From the NCBI RefSeq assembly GCF_046119375.1, contig NW_027362767.1, forward strand, positions 9,300,001 through 9,364,000: a stretch of 64,000 bases of DNA. Direction: 5' to 3'. This stretch comes from Phyllobates terribilis. Its lineage: Eukaryota. Under the pieces are notes generated by a model. The model saw nothing but the letters and a program-made list of their open reading frames with translations. It had not been told where the DNA came from and did no database searches. Positions 1-37,800 of this stretch are shown in pieces. The position numbers and the translations under genes are program-made. Positions within the stretch are counted from its first letter, which is position 1. The number at the start of each line of letters is the position of its first letter.

Positions 1-151
1 AGTGAAAACACAGTAGTTTGACAATAAATGGCTTCACCCAACCAATAACCATGAGTGGAGAAAAAGTATTTTTGTTATCATTCATATTCTCTGAAACAAG
101 GGCAAGAAAGGAACAATTCTGCCGGGGTATGTAAACTTTTGAGCACAACTG
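1..151. mobile_element. Right end of a Tc1/mariner-like element (rest off-window)
   Basis: Ends ...GTATGTAAACTTTTGAGCACAACTG followed by TA, a typical Tc1 terminus. Confidence 0.6.
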
Positions 152-307
152 TATATCAGCATTTCTGTCCTTTAAATCATGATTCAAGAAGCTCAGGATG
201 AGCAGAACTGGACGACAAGTCCTGGATATACTTTAATTATTACAGTGGAGCATCTGTGGGGGGGCAGGGACTGACATTTTGGAGGTCCCCTACTCATCAG
301 GACTCAC

Positions 308-25314
<25,007 letters not shown>

Positions 25315-25419
25315 CTGGCCTATTAGGGCTCCGGTCAGACACAGCCGGCGCCGCGACAAGACACACAAATTAGGTGATAGACAGGACCAGCAGGCGAGGT
25401 GTGAATACCTCTCACTAGT

Positions 25420-25796
25420 GCACTCTGGGATTAGTAGTTCCCGCAGTGTCACACACCGTTGCTACAGTAAATGTTATAAACTACAACTCCCGGCATGCAT
25501 CGCGACCGCTGCATCCTTCGGTCTCCATCCCCGTCTCTCGGAGTCTCTGGCGCGTATTCTGGTGACAGTAGAGGGCGTCGCTGTAAGGCCAGCGGTTACT
25601 GCGCGCCGGAGGACTGACTGACCACAAGTAAGATGGGCGCCCGGACCTCGGAACTGTCTGATTTTGGTCTCCGATAAAATGGCGTCGGTAGTGACGTATA
25701 ATCGTAATGACGTAAGGGCGGAGCCTGTAGGTGCCGGCTTCAAGGCTGTTCTAGCAACTTCCACATCAGACAGCGGCCGAGGCGCAGGGCAGCGGC
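25420..25796. promoter_or_regulatory. Bidirectional VIPAS39/AHSA1 promoter (CpG-rich)
   Basis: Divergent ATGs 482 bp apart; two inverted ACTAC..TCCC (ZNF143/SBS-type) motifs at 25425-25439 and 25479-25499; AAAATGGCG (YY1-type) at 25676-25684; TGACGT half sites; HSE-like TTCtaGCAacTTC at 25749-25761. Confidence 0.8.
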
Positions 25797-25876
25797 ATGG
25801 CGCGATGGGGAGAGGGCGACCCGCGCTGGATCGTGGAGCAGAGGGCGGACGCCACCAACGTCAACAACTGGCACTG
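25797..25876 (+). CDS. AHSA1: AHSA1 exon 1
   Basis: ATG GCG CGA TGG ... CAC TG|gtgaga. Confidence 0.94.
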
Positions 25877-28800
25877 GTGAGACTGAGATAATGCCCAGGA
25901 CGGCGGCCCGGGGGGATCATCACAGTGACCAGGAGGGCGTAATCACCACGGCGACCAGGAGGGCGTAATCGCCACGGCGACCAGGAGGGCGTAATCGCCA
26001 CGGCGACCAGGAGGGCGTAATCGCCACGGCGACCAGCAGGGCGTAATCGCCACGGCGACCAGGAGGGCGTAATCGCCACGGCGACCAGGAGGGCGTAATC
26101 GCCACGGCGACCAGGAGGGCGTAATCGCCACGGCGACCAGCAGGGCGTAATCGCCACGGCGACCAGGAGGGCGTAATCGCCACGGCGACCAGGAGGGCGT
26201 AATCGCCACGGCGACCAGGAGGGCGTAATCGCCACGGCGACCAGGAGGGCGTAATCGCCACGGCGACCAGCAGGGCGTAATCGCCACGGCGACCAGCAGG
26301 GCGTAATCGCCACGGCGACCAGCAGGGCGTAATCGCCACGGCGACCAGCAAGGCGTAATCGCCACGGCGACCAGGAGGGTGTAATCACCACGGCGACCAG
26401 GAGGGTGTAATCGCACTCTAGGCGGCGGCTGCTGCTTCTTCTCGGGGCCTCGCCGCTCCGCTCGTTCACATATTATGCAGCTCACTGATTTATAAATAGG
26501 AGTCTTGGAAATAGCTCGGCCCGTATTGTGTGCGCAGCTCCCCTGCAGCTTGGCTGATCCACACGCCAACTTCAAGGGGCACCAGGGATTTTATGTTCTG
26601 CTGTGCTCTGACTTCTCTGGGGTCTCCGGATCTCTGCAGCACATTTTAAGAGAATCTTTCAGCAGCATGATGTAGGGGCAGAGACTCTGATTCCAGCTAC
26701 AGATGTGTCACTTAGGTTACTGGGGGCTGCAGTTGTGACACAATTACAGATCTTAGATTTAGCATGAAGCAGAGCTGAGAAAGCTGCCTCCGCCCCACCA
26801 CGTGTAACCCCGCCCCACCCACTGTCTCCCACTCAACAGTTTCTCACCACCACCACACCTGACCCTGCCCCCGCCCCCCACCATGTCTGACCCCCTCCCC
26901 ACCACAACACCTGACCCCGCTGCCCCACCATGCCTGACCCCCTCCCCACCACAACACCTGACCCCCTCCCCACCACAACACCTGACCCCCCCACCATGGC
27001 TGTCCGCCCACCACACTTGACCCTGCCCCCCACTATGGCTGACCCCTCCCCACCACCACCACACCTGACCCCGCCTACACCAGGCTCTGTAGGTGCATAT
27101 TCTGTAGACAGCTGAGGGGGTGAGGTGGGGCCAGCACTGCAGCTGGTCACAGCAGTGATAATGTCCTGGTGATAAAACCTTCAGTGTAAGTAAACAGCAG
27201 GCAGCCTGATAAGTGACACATCCTGAATTCAGTGTTTAACCCTTTCCTCGTGCCGTCCTCAGATTACATGTAAAAACCTGCTGACAGATTCCCACTAATG
27301 GGAAATAACAAAAAAAAAAAGAGGGTGTGAATCAATGGTGGGTGGTCCGGGCTGTGCCCACTAATGTAAGATGTCACTGTGATGGATGGGGAGGACGCTG
27401 GAAAAGTGATGGCACCAAAAATGCCCAAACTGCTGACAGTGTGTGGTCGGGAGAAGTCGTCATGGTGGTCAGGGCCTGAGAGAGAACGTCACTGGATTTA
27501 GCTGCGCTGCCACTACCGAAATGGTCCGCAGAGCGGATCTCTACCATGGTACAGCGGTGGTATTGTGTGGCCGGGGGTGGCGGTATTGTTTGGTCCCTCT
27601 GGTGGTATTATGTGGCCAGGGATGGCGGTATTGTTCGGTCCCTGCTGTGGTATTATGTGGCCGGGGGTGGCGGCGTTGTTCGGTCCCTGCGGTGGTATTA
27701 TGTGGCCGGGGGTGGCGGTATTGTTCGGTCCTTGCAGTGGTATTATTTGGTCCCTCTGGTGGTATTATGTGGCGGTATTGTTCGGTCTCTGCGGTGGTAT
27801 TATGTGGCTAGGGATGGCGGTATTGTTCGGTCTCTGCGGTGGTATTATGTGGCTAGGGATGGCGGTATTGTTCGGTCTCTGCGGTGGTATTATGTGGCCG
27901 GGGATGGTGGTATTATGTGGCCGGGGGTGGCGGTATTGTTCGGTCCCTGCGGTGGTATTATGTGGCCGGGGGTGGCGGTATTGTTCGGTCCCTGCGGTGG
28001 TATTATGGGGCCGGGGGTGGCGGTATTGTTCGGTCCCTGCGGTGGTATTATGGGGCCGGGGGTGGCGGTATTGTTTGGTCCTTGTGGTGGTATTATGTTT
28101 CTGGGGGTGGCGGCATTATGTTGCCGGGGGTGGCGGTATTGTTCGGTCCCTCTGGCCTTATTATTCGTTCCTTGCGGTGGTATTATGTTGCCGAGGATGG
28201 CGGTATTATTCGGTCCCTGCGGTGGTATTATGTGGCCGGGGGTGGCGGCGTTGTTCGGTCCCTGCGGTGGTATTATGTGGCCGGGGGTGGCGGCGTTGTT
28301 CGGTCCCTGCTGTGGTATTATGTGGCCGGGGGTGGCGGCGTTGTTCGGTCCCTGCTGTGGTATTATGTGTCCGGGGGTGGCGGCTTTGTTCGGTCCCTGC
28401 TGTGGTATTATGTGGCCGGGGGTGGCGGCTTTGTTCGGTCCCTGCGGTGGTATTATGTGGCCGGGGGTGGCGGTATGGTTCGGTCCCTGCGGTGGTATTA
28501 TGTGGCCGGGGGTGGCGGTATGGTTCGGTCCCTGCGGTGGTATTATGTGGCCGGGGGTGGCGGTATTGTTTGGTCCCTGTGGTGGTATTATGTGGCCGGG
28601 GGTGGCGGTATTGTTCGGTCCTTGCGGTGTTGGTATTCGGTCCCTGCAGTGGTATTATGTGGCTGGGAGTGGCGGTATTGTTCGGTCCTTGCGGTGGTAT
28701 TATGTGGCCGGGGGTGGCGGTATTATTCAGTCCTTGCGGTGGTATTATTCGGTCCCTGCAGTGGTATTATGTGGCTGGGAGTGGCGGTATTGTTCGGTCC

Positions 28801-31800
28801 CTGCGGTGGGATTTTGTGGCCGGGGGTGGCGGTATTATTCGGTCCTTGCGGTGGTGGTATTCGGTCCCTCTGGTGGTATTATGTGGCAGTATTGTTCGGT
28901 CCCTGCGGTGGTATTATGTGGCCGGGGGTGGCGGTATTGTTTGGTCCCTGTGGTGGTATTATGTGGCCGGGGGTGGCGGTATTGTTCGGTCCTTGCGGTG
29001 TTGGTATTCGGTCCCTGCAGTGGTATTATGTGGCTGGGAGTGGCGGTATTGTTCGGTCCTTGCGGTGGTATTATGTGGCCGGGGGTGGCGGTATTATTCG
29101 GTCCTTGCGGTGGTATTATTCGGTCCCTGCAGTGGTATTATGTGGCTGGGAGTGGCGGTATTGTTCGGTCCCTGCGGTGGGATTTTGTGGCCGGGGGTGG
29201 CGGTATTATTCGGTCCTTGCGGTGGTGGTATTCGGTCCCTCTGGTGGTATTATGTGGCCGGGGGTGGCAGTATTGTTCGGTCCTTGCGGTGGTATTATTT
29301 GGCCCCTGCAGTGGTATTATGTGGCTGGGGGTGGCGGTATTGTTCGGTCCCTCTGGTGGTATTATGTGGCTGGGGGTGGCGGTATTGTTTGGTCCCTCTG
29401 CTGGTATTATGTGGCGGTATTATTCGGTCCTTGCGGCGGTATTATTTGGCCCCTGCAGTGGTATTATGTGGCTTGGGGTGGCGGTATTGTTCGGTCCCTC
29501 TGGTGTTATTATGTGGCTAGGGGTGGCGGTATTATTCGACCCCTGCGGTGGTATTATGTGGCTGGGGGTGGCGGTATTGTTCAGTCCCTCTGGTGGTATT
29601 ATGTGGCTGGGGGTGGCGGTATTATTCGGTCCTTGCGGTGGTATTGTTCGGTTCCTCTGGTGGTATTATGTGGCTGGGGGTGGCGGTATTGTTCGGTCCC
29701 TCTGGTGGTATTATGTGGCTGGGGGTGGCGGTATTGTTCGGTCCCTCTGGTGGTATTATGTGGCTGGGGGTGGCGGTATTGTTTGGTCCCTCTGGTGGTA
29801 TTATGTGGCTGGGGGTGGCGGTATTGTTTGGTCCCTCTGGTGGTATTATGTGGCTGGGGGTGGCAGTATTATTCGGTTCCTCTGGTGGTATTATGTGGCT
29901 GGGGGTGGCGGTATTGTTCGGTCCCTCTGGTGGTATTATGTGGCTGGGGGTGGCGGTATTGTTCGGTCCCTCTGGTGGTATTATGTGGCTGGGGGTGGCG
30001 GTATTGTTCGGTCCCTCTGGTGGTATTATGTGGCTGGGGGTGGCGGTATTGTTCGGTCCCTCTGGTGGTATTATGTGGCGGGGGGTGGCGGTATTGTTCG
30101 GTCTCTGCGGCGGTATTATTCGGTCCTTGCGGTGGTATTATGTGGCCGGGGGTGGCGGTATTGTTCGGTCCCTCTGGCGGTATTATGTGGCCGGGGGTGG
30201 CGGTATTGTTCGGCCCCTGCGGTGGTATTATGTGGCCGGGGGTGGCTTTATTGTTCGGTCTCTCTGGCTGTATTATGTGGCCGGGGGTGGCGGTATTGTT
30301 TGGTCCTTGCGGTGGTATTATGTGGCCAGGGGTGGCTTTATTATTTGGTTCCTCTGGCGGTATTATTCGGTCCTTGCGGTGGTATTATTCGGCCCCTGCG
30401 GCGATATTATGTGGCTGGGGGTGGCGGTATTATTCGGTCCCTGCAGTGGTATTATGTGGCTGGGGGTGGCGGTATTATTCGGTCCCTGCAGTGGTATTAC
30501 GTGGCTGGGGGTGGCGGTATTATTCGGTCCCTGCAGTGGTATTATGTTGCCGGGGGTCGCGGTATTGTTCGGTCCTTGCGGTGGTATTATGAGGCTGGGG
30601 GTGGCGGTATTGTTCGGTCCCTGCGGCGGTATTATGTGGCCGGGGTTGGCGGTGTTGTTCGGTCCCTGCGGCGGTATTATGTGGCCGGGGGTGGCTGTAT
30701 TGTTCGGTCCCTGCGGTGGTATTATGTGGCTGGGGGTGGCGGTATTGTTCGGTCCTCGCGGTGGTATTATGTGGCCGGGGGTGGCGGTATTGTTCGGTCC
30801 CTCTGGTGGTATTATGTGGCCGGGGGTGGCGGTATTGTTTGGTCCTTGCGGTGGTATTATGTGGCCGGGGGTGGCGGTATTATGTGGCCGGGGGTGGCGG
30901 TATTGTTCGGTCCTTGCGGTGGTATTATGTGGCCGGGGGTGGCGGTATTGTTCGGTCCCTCTGGTGGTATTATGTGGCCGGGGGTGGCGGTATTGTTCGG
31001 TCACTGCGGCGGTATTATGTGGCCCCTCTGGCCTGACGCGTCTGACTTCTTTCCCCCCAGGACTGAACGTGATGCCACGGCCTGGTCCACGGAGAAACTG
31101 AAGGGGCTGTTCCTGGCGGTCAGCGTGACGGGGGAGGAGGGCGGCTGCCAGGTGACGGAGGTCAGCAAACTGGAGGGCGAGGCCTCCATCAACAACCGCA
31201 AAGGAAAACTCATCTTCTTCTATGAGTGGGACGTGAAGCTGAACTGGACAGGTGGGCGAGGAGCAGCCGATGGTGCGGACCCCTGTAATCCCACCGGCCC
31301 CATCCAGCACTCCCCAAACACTGTATCCTTGTTTTACAGGAGTCTCCAAATCAGGAGTGAAGTACAAGGGCCTTGTGGAGATCCCCAACCTGTCCGACGA
31401 GAACGAGCCCAGCGAGGTGGAGGTAAGGGGGACCCCAACACTGACCCCAGACACCTGCCAGGAGGGGGCGACTACAATCTATTACTCCCTGTTATCAGGT
31501 CTCTGCTGTTGTAGCCCCCTTTCGGTGATGTGGGGGTCTCGCACTCACCTTTGCTCTTCTCTGTAGATTCGAGTGTCTCTGGCTAAGGACGAGCCGGACA
31601 CGGTGCTGACGGAGCTGATGCGGAGGAGCGGAGCGCAGCAGATACGGGCGGCGGTGGCAGAATACATCTCCACCCTGAAGACAGGTGGGTGTCCGCCTCT
31701 AGGACGTGGGGGGCTACACCCCCCCCCCTGCAGGGTATGGGGATGATCTGGAGCAGATGTGAAAGTGTTAAACTGCTGTTTTATATCATATTAGTGTCCA

Positions 31801-34800
31801 TTGTGATTGAGGACCGGGAGCGCCCGACGCGTGGCTGCAGCCGTGGCCGCTGCCTCCAGCCCAGCAGGCTGCTCCGATGTTATGAGCGGAGGACTCCACC
31901 TCCATGATGGACACTAATAGGCTCATGGAGACCAGCGTTCTTGTGGACTACACCCCTCATCATCCGTGGGTGCTGAGTGTGGAATTGTTTGTGATTTGCA
32001 GAATTCACACAAGGGATGATTCTCCCCACCGAGAATGGAGAGTCGCACACAGCCGTGCCCGAGGCCAAGCAGAAGGCAGCCCCTCCCCCGGTAAGTGGCC
32101 CCCTCCCCCTCGTACGGTCATCGGCTGCAGGAAGGATGACGCTTACAGTGACCTCTTCATTGTTTCTTCAGACTCATGAGAAAGCGGTGACCTGTCCGAG
32201 CTCCGGAGTGAAGATCCCCACCTGCAAGGTCCGCATGACCGAGACGTTCCTCACCTCCCCCGAGGAGCTTTACCGCGTGCTGACCCGCCAGGAGGTAACT
32301 GAGCCGAGCGCGGGGGAATCCTGCAGATCCCGCTGGGCCTAAATGTTGCTGTCTTCTCTGCAGCTCGTCCAAGGGTTCACGCACGCACCGGCCACAGTAA
32401 TGGCGGATAAAGGGGGCAAGTTTCATCTACTGGGAGGCAACGTGAGCGGAGAGTTCCTGGAACTGGTGAGTGAGGTTGTGAAGGCCGTCTGTGTGTGGAG
32501 GGGGGGGGCGTCTCTATGTCTGTGGGGGGGGGGAGCGTCTCTATGTCTGTGTGGGGGGGGAGCGTCTCTATGTCTGTGTGTGGAGGGGGGGGCGTCTGTC
32601 TGTGGGGGGGGGAGCGTCTCTATGTCTGTGTGTGTGGGGGGGGCGTCTCTATGTCTGTGTGTGTGGGGGGGGAGCGTCTCTATGTCTGTGTGTGGGGGGG
32701 GCGTCTCTGTCTGTGTGTGGGGGGGGGAGCGTCTCTATGTCTGTGTGTGGGGGGGGCGTCTCTATGTCTGTGTGGGGGGGGCGTCTCTATGTCTGTGTGG
32801 AGGGGGGGCGTCTCTATGTCTGTGTGTGTGTGGAGGGGGGGGCGTCTCTATGTCTGTGTGTGTGGAGGGGGGAGCGTCTCTATGTCTGTGTGTGTGGAGG
32901 GGGGGGCGTCTCTATGTCTGTGTGTGTGGAGGGGGGGGCGTCTCTATGTCTGTGTGTGTGGAGGGGGGGGCGTCTCTATGTCTGTGTGTGTGTGTGTGTG
33001 GAGGGGGGGGCGTCTCTGTCTGTGAGGGGGGAGCGTCTCTATGTCTGTGTGTGTGTGTGGGGGGGGGGGGCGTCTCTATGTCTGTGGGGGGAGAGCGTCT
33101 CTATGTCTGTGTGTGTGTGGGGGGGGAGCGTCTCTATGTCTGTGTGTGTGGAGGGGGGGGAGCGTCTCTATGTCTGTGTGTGGAGGGGGGGGCGTCTCTG
33201 TCTGTGGGGGGGGAGCGTCTCTATGTCTGTGTGTGTGGAGGGGGGGCGTCTCTGTCTGTGGGGGGGAGCGTCTCTATGTCTGTGTGTGTGTGGGGGGGGA
33301 GCGTCTCTATGTCTGTGTGTGTGTGGGGGGAGAGCGTCTCTATGTCTGTGTGTGTGTGGAGGGGGGGGCGTCTCTGTCTGTGGGGGGGGAGCGTCTCTAT
33401 GTCTGTGTGTGTGTGGAGGGGGGGGCGTCCCTGTCTGTGGGGGGGGGCGTCTCTGTCTGTGGGGGGGAGCGTCTCTATGTCTGTGTGTGTGTGGAGGGGG
33501 GGGCGTCCCTGTCTGTGGGGGGGGGCGTCTCTGTCTGTGGGGGGGGAGCGTCTCTATGTCTGTGTGTGGGGGGGAGCGTCTCTGTGTCTGTGTGGGGGGG
33601 GGGAGCGTCTCTATGTCTGTGTGGGGGGGGGGGCGTCTCTATGTCTGTGTGGGGGGGGGCGTCTCTATGTCTGTGTGTGTGGGGGGGGAGCGTCTCTATG
33701 TCTGTGTGGGGGGGGAGCGTCTCTATGTCTGTGTGGGGGGGAGCGTCTCTATGTCTGTGGGGGGGGAGCGTCTCTATGTCTGTGGGGGGGGAGAAGCGTC
33801 TCGATGTGTGTGTGGGGGGGGGGAGCGTCTCTGTCTGTGGGGGGGAGCGTCTCTGTCTGTGGGGGGGAGCGTCTCTGTGTGTGTGTGGGGGGGGGGCGTC
33901 TCTATGTCTGTGGGGGGGGGCATCTCTATGTCTGTGGGTGGGGAGCGTCTATGTCTGTGTGTGTGTGGAGGGGGGGCGTCTCTGTCTGTGGGGGGGGGCG
34001 TCTCTATGTCTGTGGGGGGGAGCGTCTCTGTCTGTGTGTCTGTGGGGGGGGAGCGTCTCTATGTCTGTGTGTGTGGAGGGGGGGCGTCTCTGTCTGTGGG
34101 GGGGAGCGTCTCTATGTCTGTGTGTGTGTGGGGGGGGAGCGTCTCTATGTCTGTGTGTGTGTGGGGGGAGAGCGTCTCTATGTCTGTGTGTGTGTGGAGG
34201 GGGGGGCGTCTCTGTCTGTGGGGGGGGAGCGTCTCTATGTCTGTGTGTGTGTGGAGGGGGGGGCGTCCCTGTCTGTGGGGGGGGGCGTCTCTGTCTGTGG
34301 GGGGGAGCGTCTCTATGTCTGTGTGTGTGTGGAGGGGGGGGCGTCCCTGTCTGTGGGGGGGGGCGTCTCTGTCTGTGGGGGGGGAGCGTCTCTATGTCTG
34401 TGTGTGGGGGGGAGCGTCTCTGTGTCTGTGTGGGGGGGGGGAGCGTCTCTATGTCTGTGTGGGGGGGGGGGGCGTCTCTATGTCTGTGTGGGGGGGGGGC
34501 GTCTCTATGTCTGTGTGGGGGGGGCGTCTCTATGTCTGTGTGTGTGGGGGGGGAGCGTCTCTATGTCTGTGTGGGGGGGGAGCGTCTCTATGTCTGTGTG
34601 GGGGGGAGCGTCTCTATGTCTGTGGGGGGGGAGCGTCTCGATGTGTGTGTGGGGGGGGGGAGCGTCTCTGTCTGTGGGGGGGAGCGTCTCTGTGTGTGTG
34701 GGGGGGGAGCGTCTCTATGTCTGTGTGTGTGTGGGGGGAGAGCGTCTCTATGTCTGTGTGTGTGTGGAGGGGGGGGCGTCTCTGTCTGTCTGTGTGTGGA

Positions 34801-37800
34801 GGGGGGGAGCGTCTCTATGTCTGTGTGTGTGGGGGGGGAGCGTCTCTATGTCTGTGTGTGTGTGGAGGGGGGGCGTCCCTGTCTGTGGGGGGGGGGCGTC
34901 TCTGTCTGTGGGGGGGAGCGTCTCTATGTCTGTGTGTGTGTGGAGGGAGAGCGTCTCTATGTCTGTCTGTGTGTGGAGGGGGGGAGCGTCTCTATGTCTG
35001 TGTGTGTGGGGGGGGAGCGTCTCTATGTCTGTGTGTGTGTGGAGGGGGGGGCGTCCCTGTCTGTGGGGGGGAGCGTCTCTATGTCTGTGTGGGGGGGGGA
35101 GCGTCTCTATGTCTGTGTGTGTGGGGGGGGAGCGTCTCTATGTCTGTGTGGGGGGGAGCGTCTCTATGTCTCTGTGGGGGGGGAGCGTCTCTATGTCTGT
35201 GTGGGGGGGAGCGTCTCTATGTGGGGGGGAGCGTCTCTATGTCTGTGGGGGGGGAGAAGCGTCTCGATGTGTGTGTGGGGGGGGGGGGAGCGTCTCTGTC
35301 TGTGGGGGGGAGCGTCTCTGTGTGTGTGGGGGGGGGCGTCTCTATGTCTGTGGGGGGGGGCGTCTCTATGTCTGTGGGGGGGGGCATCTCTATGTCTGTG
35401 GGTGGGGAGCGTCTATGTCTGTGTGTGTGTGGAGGGGGGGCGTCTCTGTCTGTGGGGGGGAGCGTCTCTGTCTGTGTGTGTGGGGGGGGGGCGTCTCTAT
35501 GTCTGTGGGGGGGGAGCATCTCTATGTCTGTGGGGGGGGGCGTCTCTATGTCTGTGGGTGGGGAGCGTCTCTATGTCTGTGTGTGTGTGGAGGGGGGGGC
35601 GTCTCTATGTCTGTGTGTGTGTGTGTAGGGGGGGCGTCTCTATGTCTGTGGGGGGGGAGCGTCTCTATGTGTGTGTGTGTGTGTGTGGAGGGGGGGGCGT
35701 CTCTATGTCTGTGTGTGTGGAGGGGGGGGCGTCTCTCTGTCTGTGGGGGGGAGCGTCTCTGTCTGTGGGGGGGAGCGTCTCTGTCTGTGGGGGGGAGCGT
35801 CTCTGTCTGGGGGGGAGCGTCTCTGTCTGTGTGTCTGTGGGGGGGGAGCGTCTCTCTGTGTGTGGGGGGGGAGCGTCTCTCTGTATGTGGGGGGGAGCGT
35901 CTCTGTCTGTGTGTGGGGGGGAGCGTCTCTGTGTGTGGGGGGGGGGGCGTCTCTGTCTGTGTGTGTGTGGGGGGGGAGCGTCTCTGTCTGGGGGGGGAGC
36001 GTCTCTATGTGTGTGGGGGGGGGAGCGTCTGTGTGTGTGTGGGGGGGGGAGCGTCTCGATGTCTGTCTGTGTGTGGAGGGGGGAGCGTCTCTGTCTGTGG
36101 GGGGGGGAGCGTCTCTGTGTGTGGGGGGGGGGGCGTCTCTATGTGTGTGTGTGGGGGGGGAGCGTCTCTATGTCTGTGTGTGTGGAGGGGGGGGGGCGTC
36201 TCTATGTCTGTGTGTGGGAGGGGGGAGCGTCTCTATGTCTGTGTGTGTGTGGAGGGGGGGAGCGTCTCTATGTCTGTGTGTGGGAGGGGAGCGTCTCTGT
36301 GTGTGTGGGGGGGGGGAGCGTCTCTGTGTGTGTGTGGGGGGGGGGGAGCGTCTCTGTGTGTGTTGGGGGGGGGGGAGCGTCTCTGTGTGTGTGTTGGGGG
36401 GGGAGCGTCTGTGTGTGTGTGTTGGGGGGGGGAGCGTCTCTGTGTGTGTGTGTTGGGGGGGGGAGCGTCTCTGTGTGTGTGTGTTGGGGGGGGGGAGCGT
36501 CTCTGTGTGTGTGTGTTGGGGGGGGAGCGTCTCTGTGTGTGTTGGGGGGGGAGCGTCTCTGTGTGTGTGTGTTGGGGGGGAGCGTCTCTGTGTGTGTGGG
36601 GGGGGGAGCGTCTCTGTGTGTGTGGGGGGGAGAGCGTCTCTGTGTGTGTGGGGGGGGGAGCGTCTCTGTGTCTGTGTGTGTGGGGGGGAGCGTCTCTGTG
36701 GGGGGGGGGGCGTCTCTGTGTGTGTGTGGGGGGGGGAGCGTCTCTATGTCTGTGGGGGGGGGGCGTCTCTGTCTGTGTGTGTGTGGTGGGGGGGAGCGTC
36801 TCTGTGGGGGGGGAGCGTCTCTGTGGGGGGGGAGCGTCTCTGTGGGGGGGGAGCGTCTCTGTGGGGGGGGAGCGTCTCTGTGTGTGTGGGGGGGAGCGTC
36901 TCTGTGTGTGTGTGGGGGGGGAGCGTCTCTGTGTGTGTGTGTGGGGGGGGGAGCGTCTCTATGTCTGTGTGTGTGTGGGGGGGGAGCGTCTCTATGTCTG
37001 TGGGGGGGGGCGTGTCTGTGTGTGGGGGGGGGCGTGTCTGTGTGTGGGGGGGGGAGCGTCTCTGTCTGTGGGGGGGGAGCGTCTCTATGTCTGTGGGGGG
37101 GAGCGTCTGTGTGTGTGTGGGGGGGGAGCGTCTCTATGTCTGTGGGGGGGGGGAGCGTCTCTGTGTGTGTGTGGGGGGGGGAGCGTCTCTGTCTGTGGGG
37201 GGGGGAGCGTCTCTGTGTGTGGGGGGGGAGCGTCTCTGTGTGTGTGTGGAGGGGGGGCGTCTCTATGTCTGTGTGTGTGTGTGGGGGGGGGGAGCGTCTC
37301 TATGTCTGTGTGTCTGTGGGGGGGGGAGCGTCTCTGTGTGTGTGTGTGGGGGGGGAGTGTCTCTGTCTGTGTGTGGAGGGGGGGCGTCTCTATGTCTGTG
37401 TGTGTGTGGAGGGGGGGGGAGCGTCTCTATGTCTGTGTGTGTGGAGGGGGGGAGCGTCTCTGTCTGTGTGTGGGGGGGGGAGCGTCTCTGTCTGTGTGTG
37501 TGGGGGGGGCGTCTCTATGTCTGTGTGTGTGTGTGGGGGGGGGGAGCGTCTCTATGTCTGTGTGTCTGTGGGGGGGGGAGCGTCTCTGTGTGTGTGTGTG
37601 GGGGGGGAGTGTCTCTATGTCTGTGTGTGGAGGGGGGGCGTCTCTATGTCTGTGTGTGTGTGGAGGGGGGGGGGAGCGTCTCTATGTCTGTGTGTGTGGA
37701 GGGGGGGAGCGTCTCTGTCTGTGTGTGGGGGGGGAGCGTCTCTGTCTGTGTGTGTGGAGGGGGGGGAGCGTCTCTGTGTGTGGGGGGGGGAGCGTCTATG

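Noticed and set aside
25409-25480. Non-coding first exon of VIPAS39 with donor GAG|gtattc at 25408
   Set aside because: Plausible, since the ATG exon begins at an acceptor, but it cannot be established without transcript data
27546-31514. 1322-aa membrane-like protein fused to an AHSA1 segment
   Set aside because: A 45-bp array reading into true exon 2; the real exon starts at the acceptor at 31061
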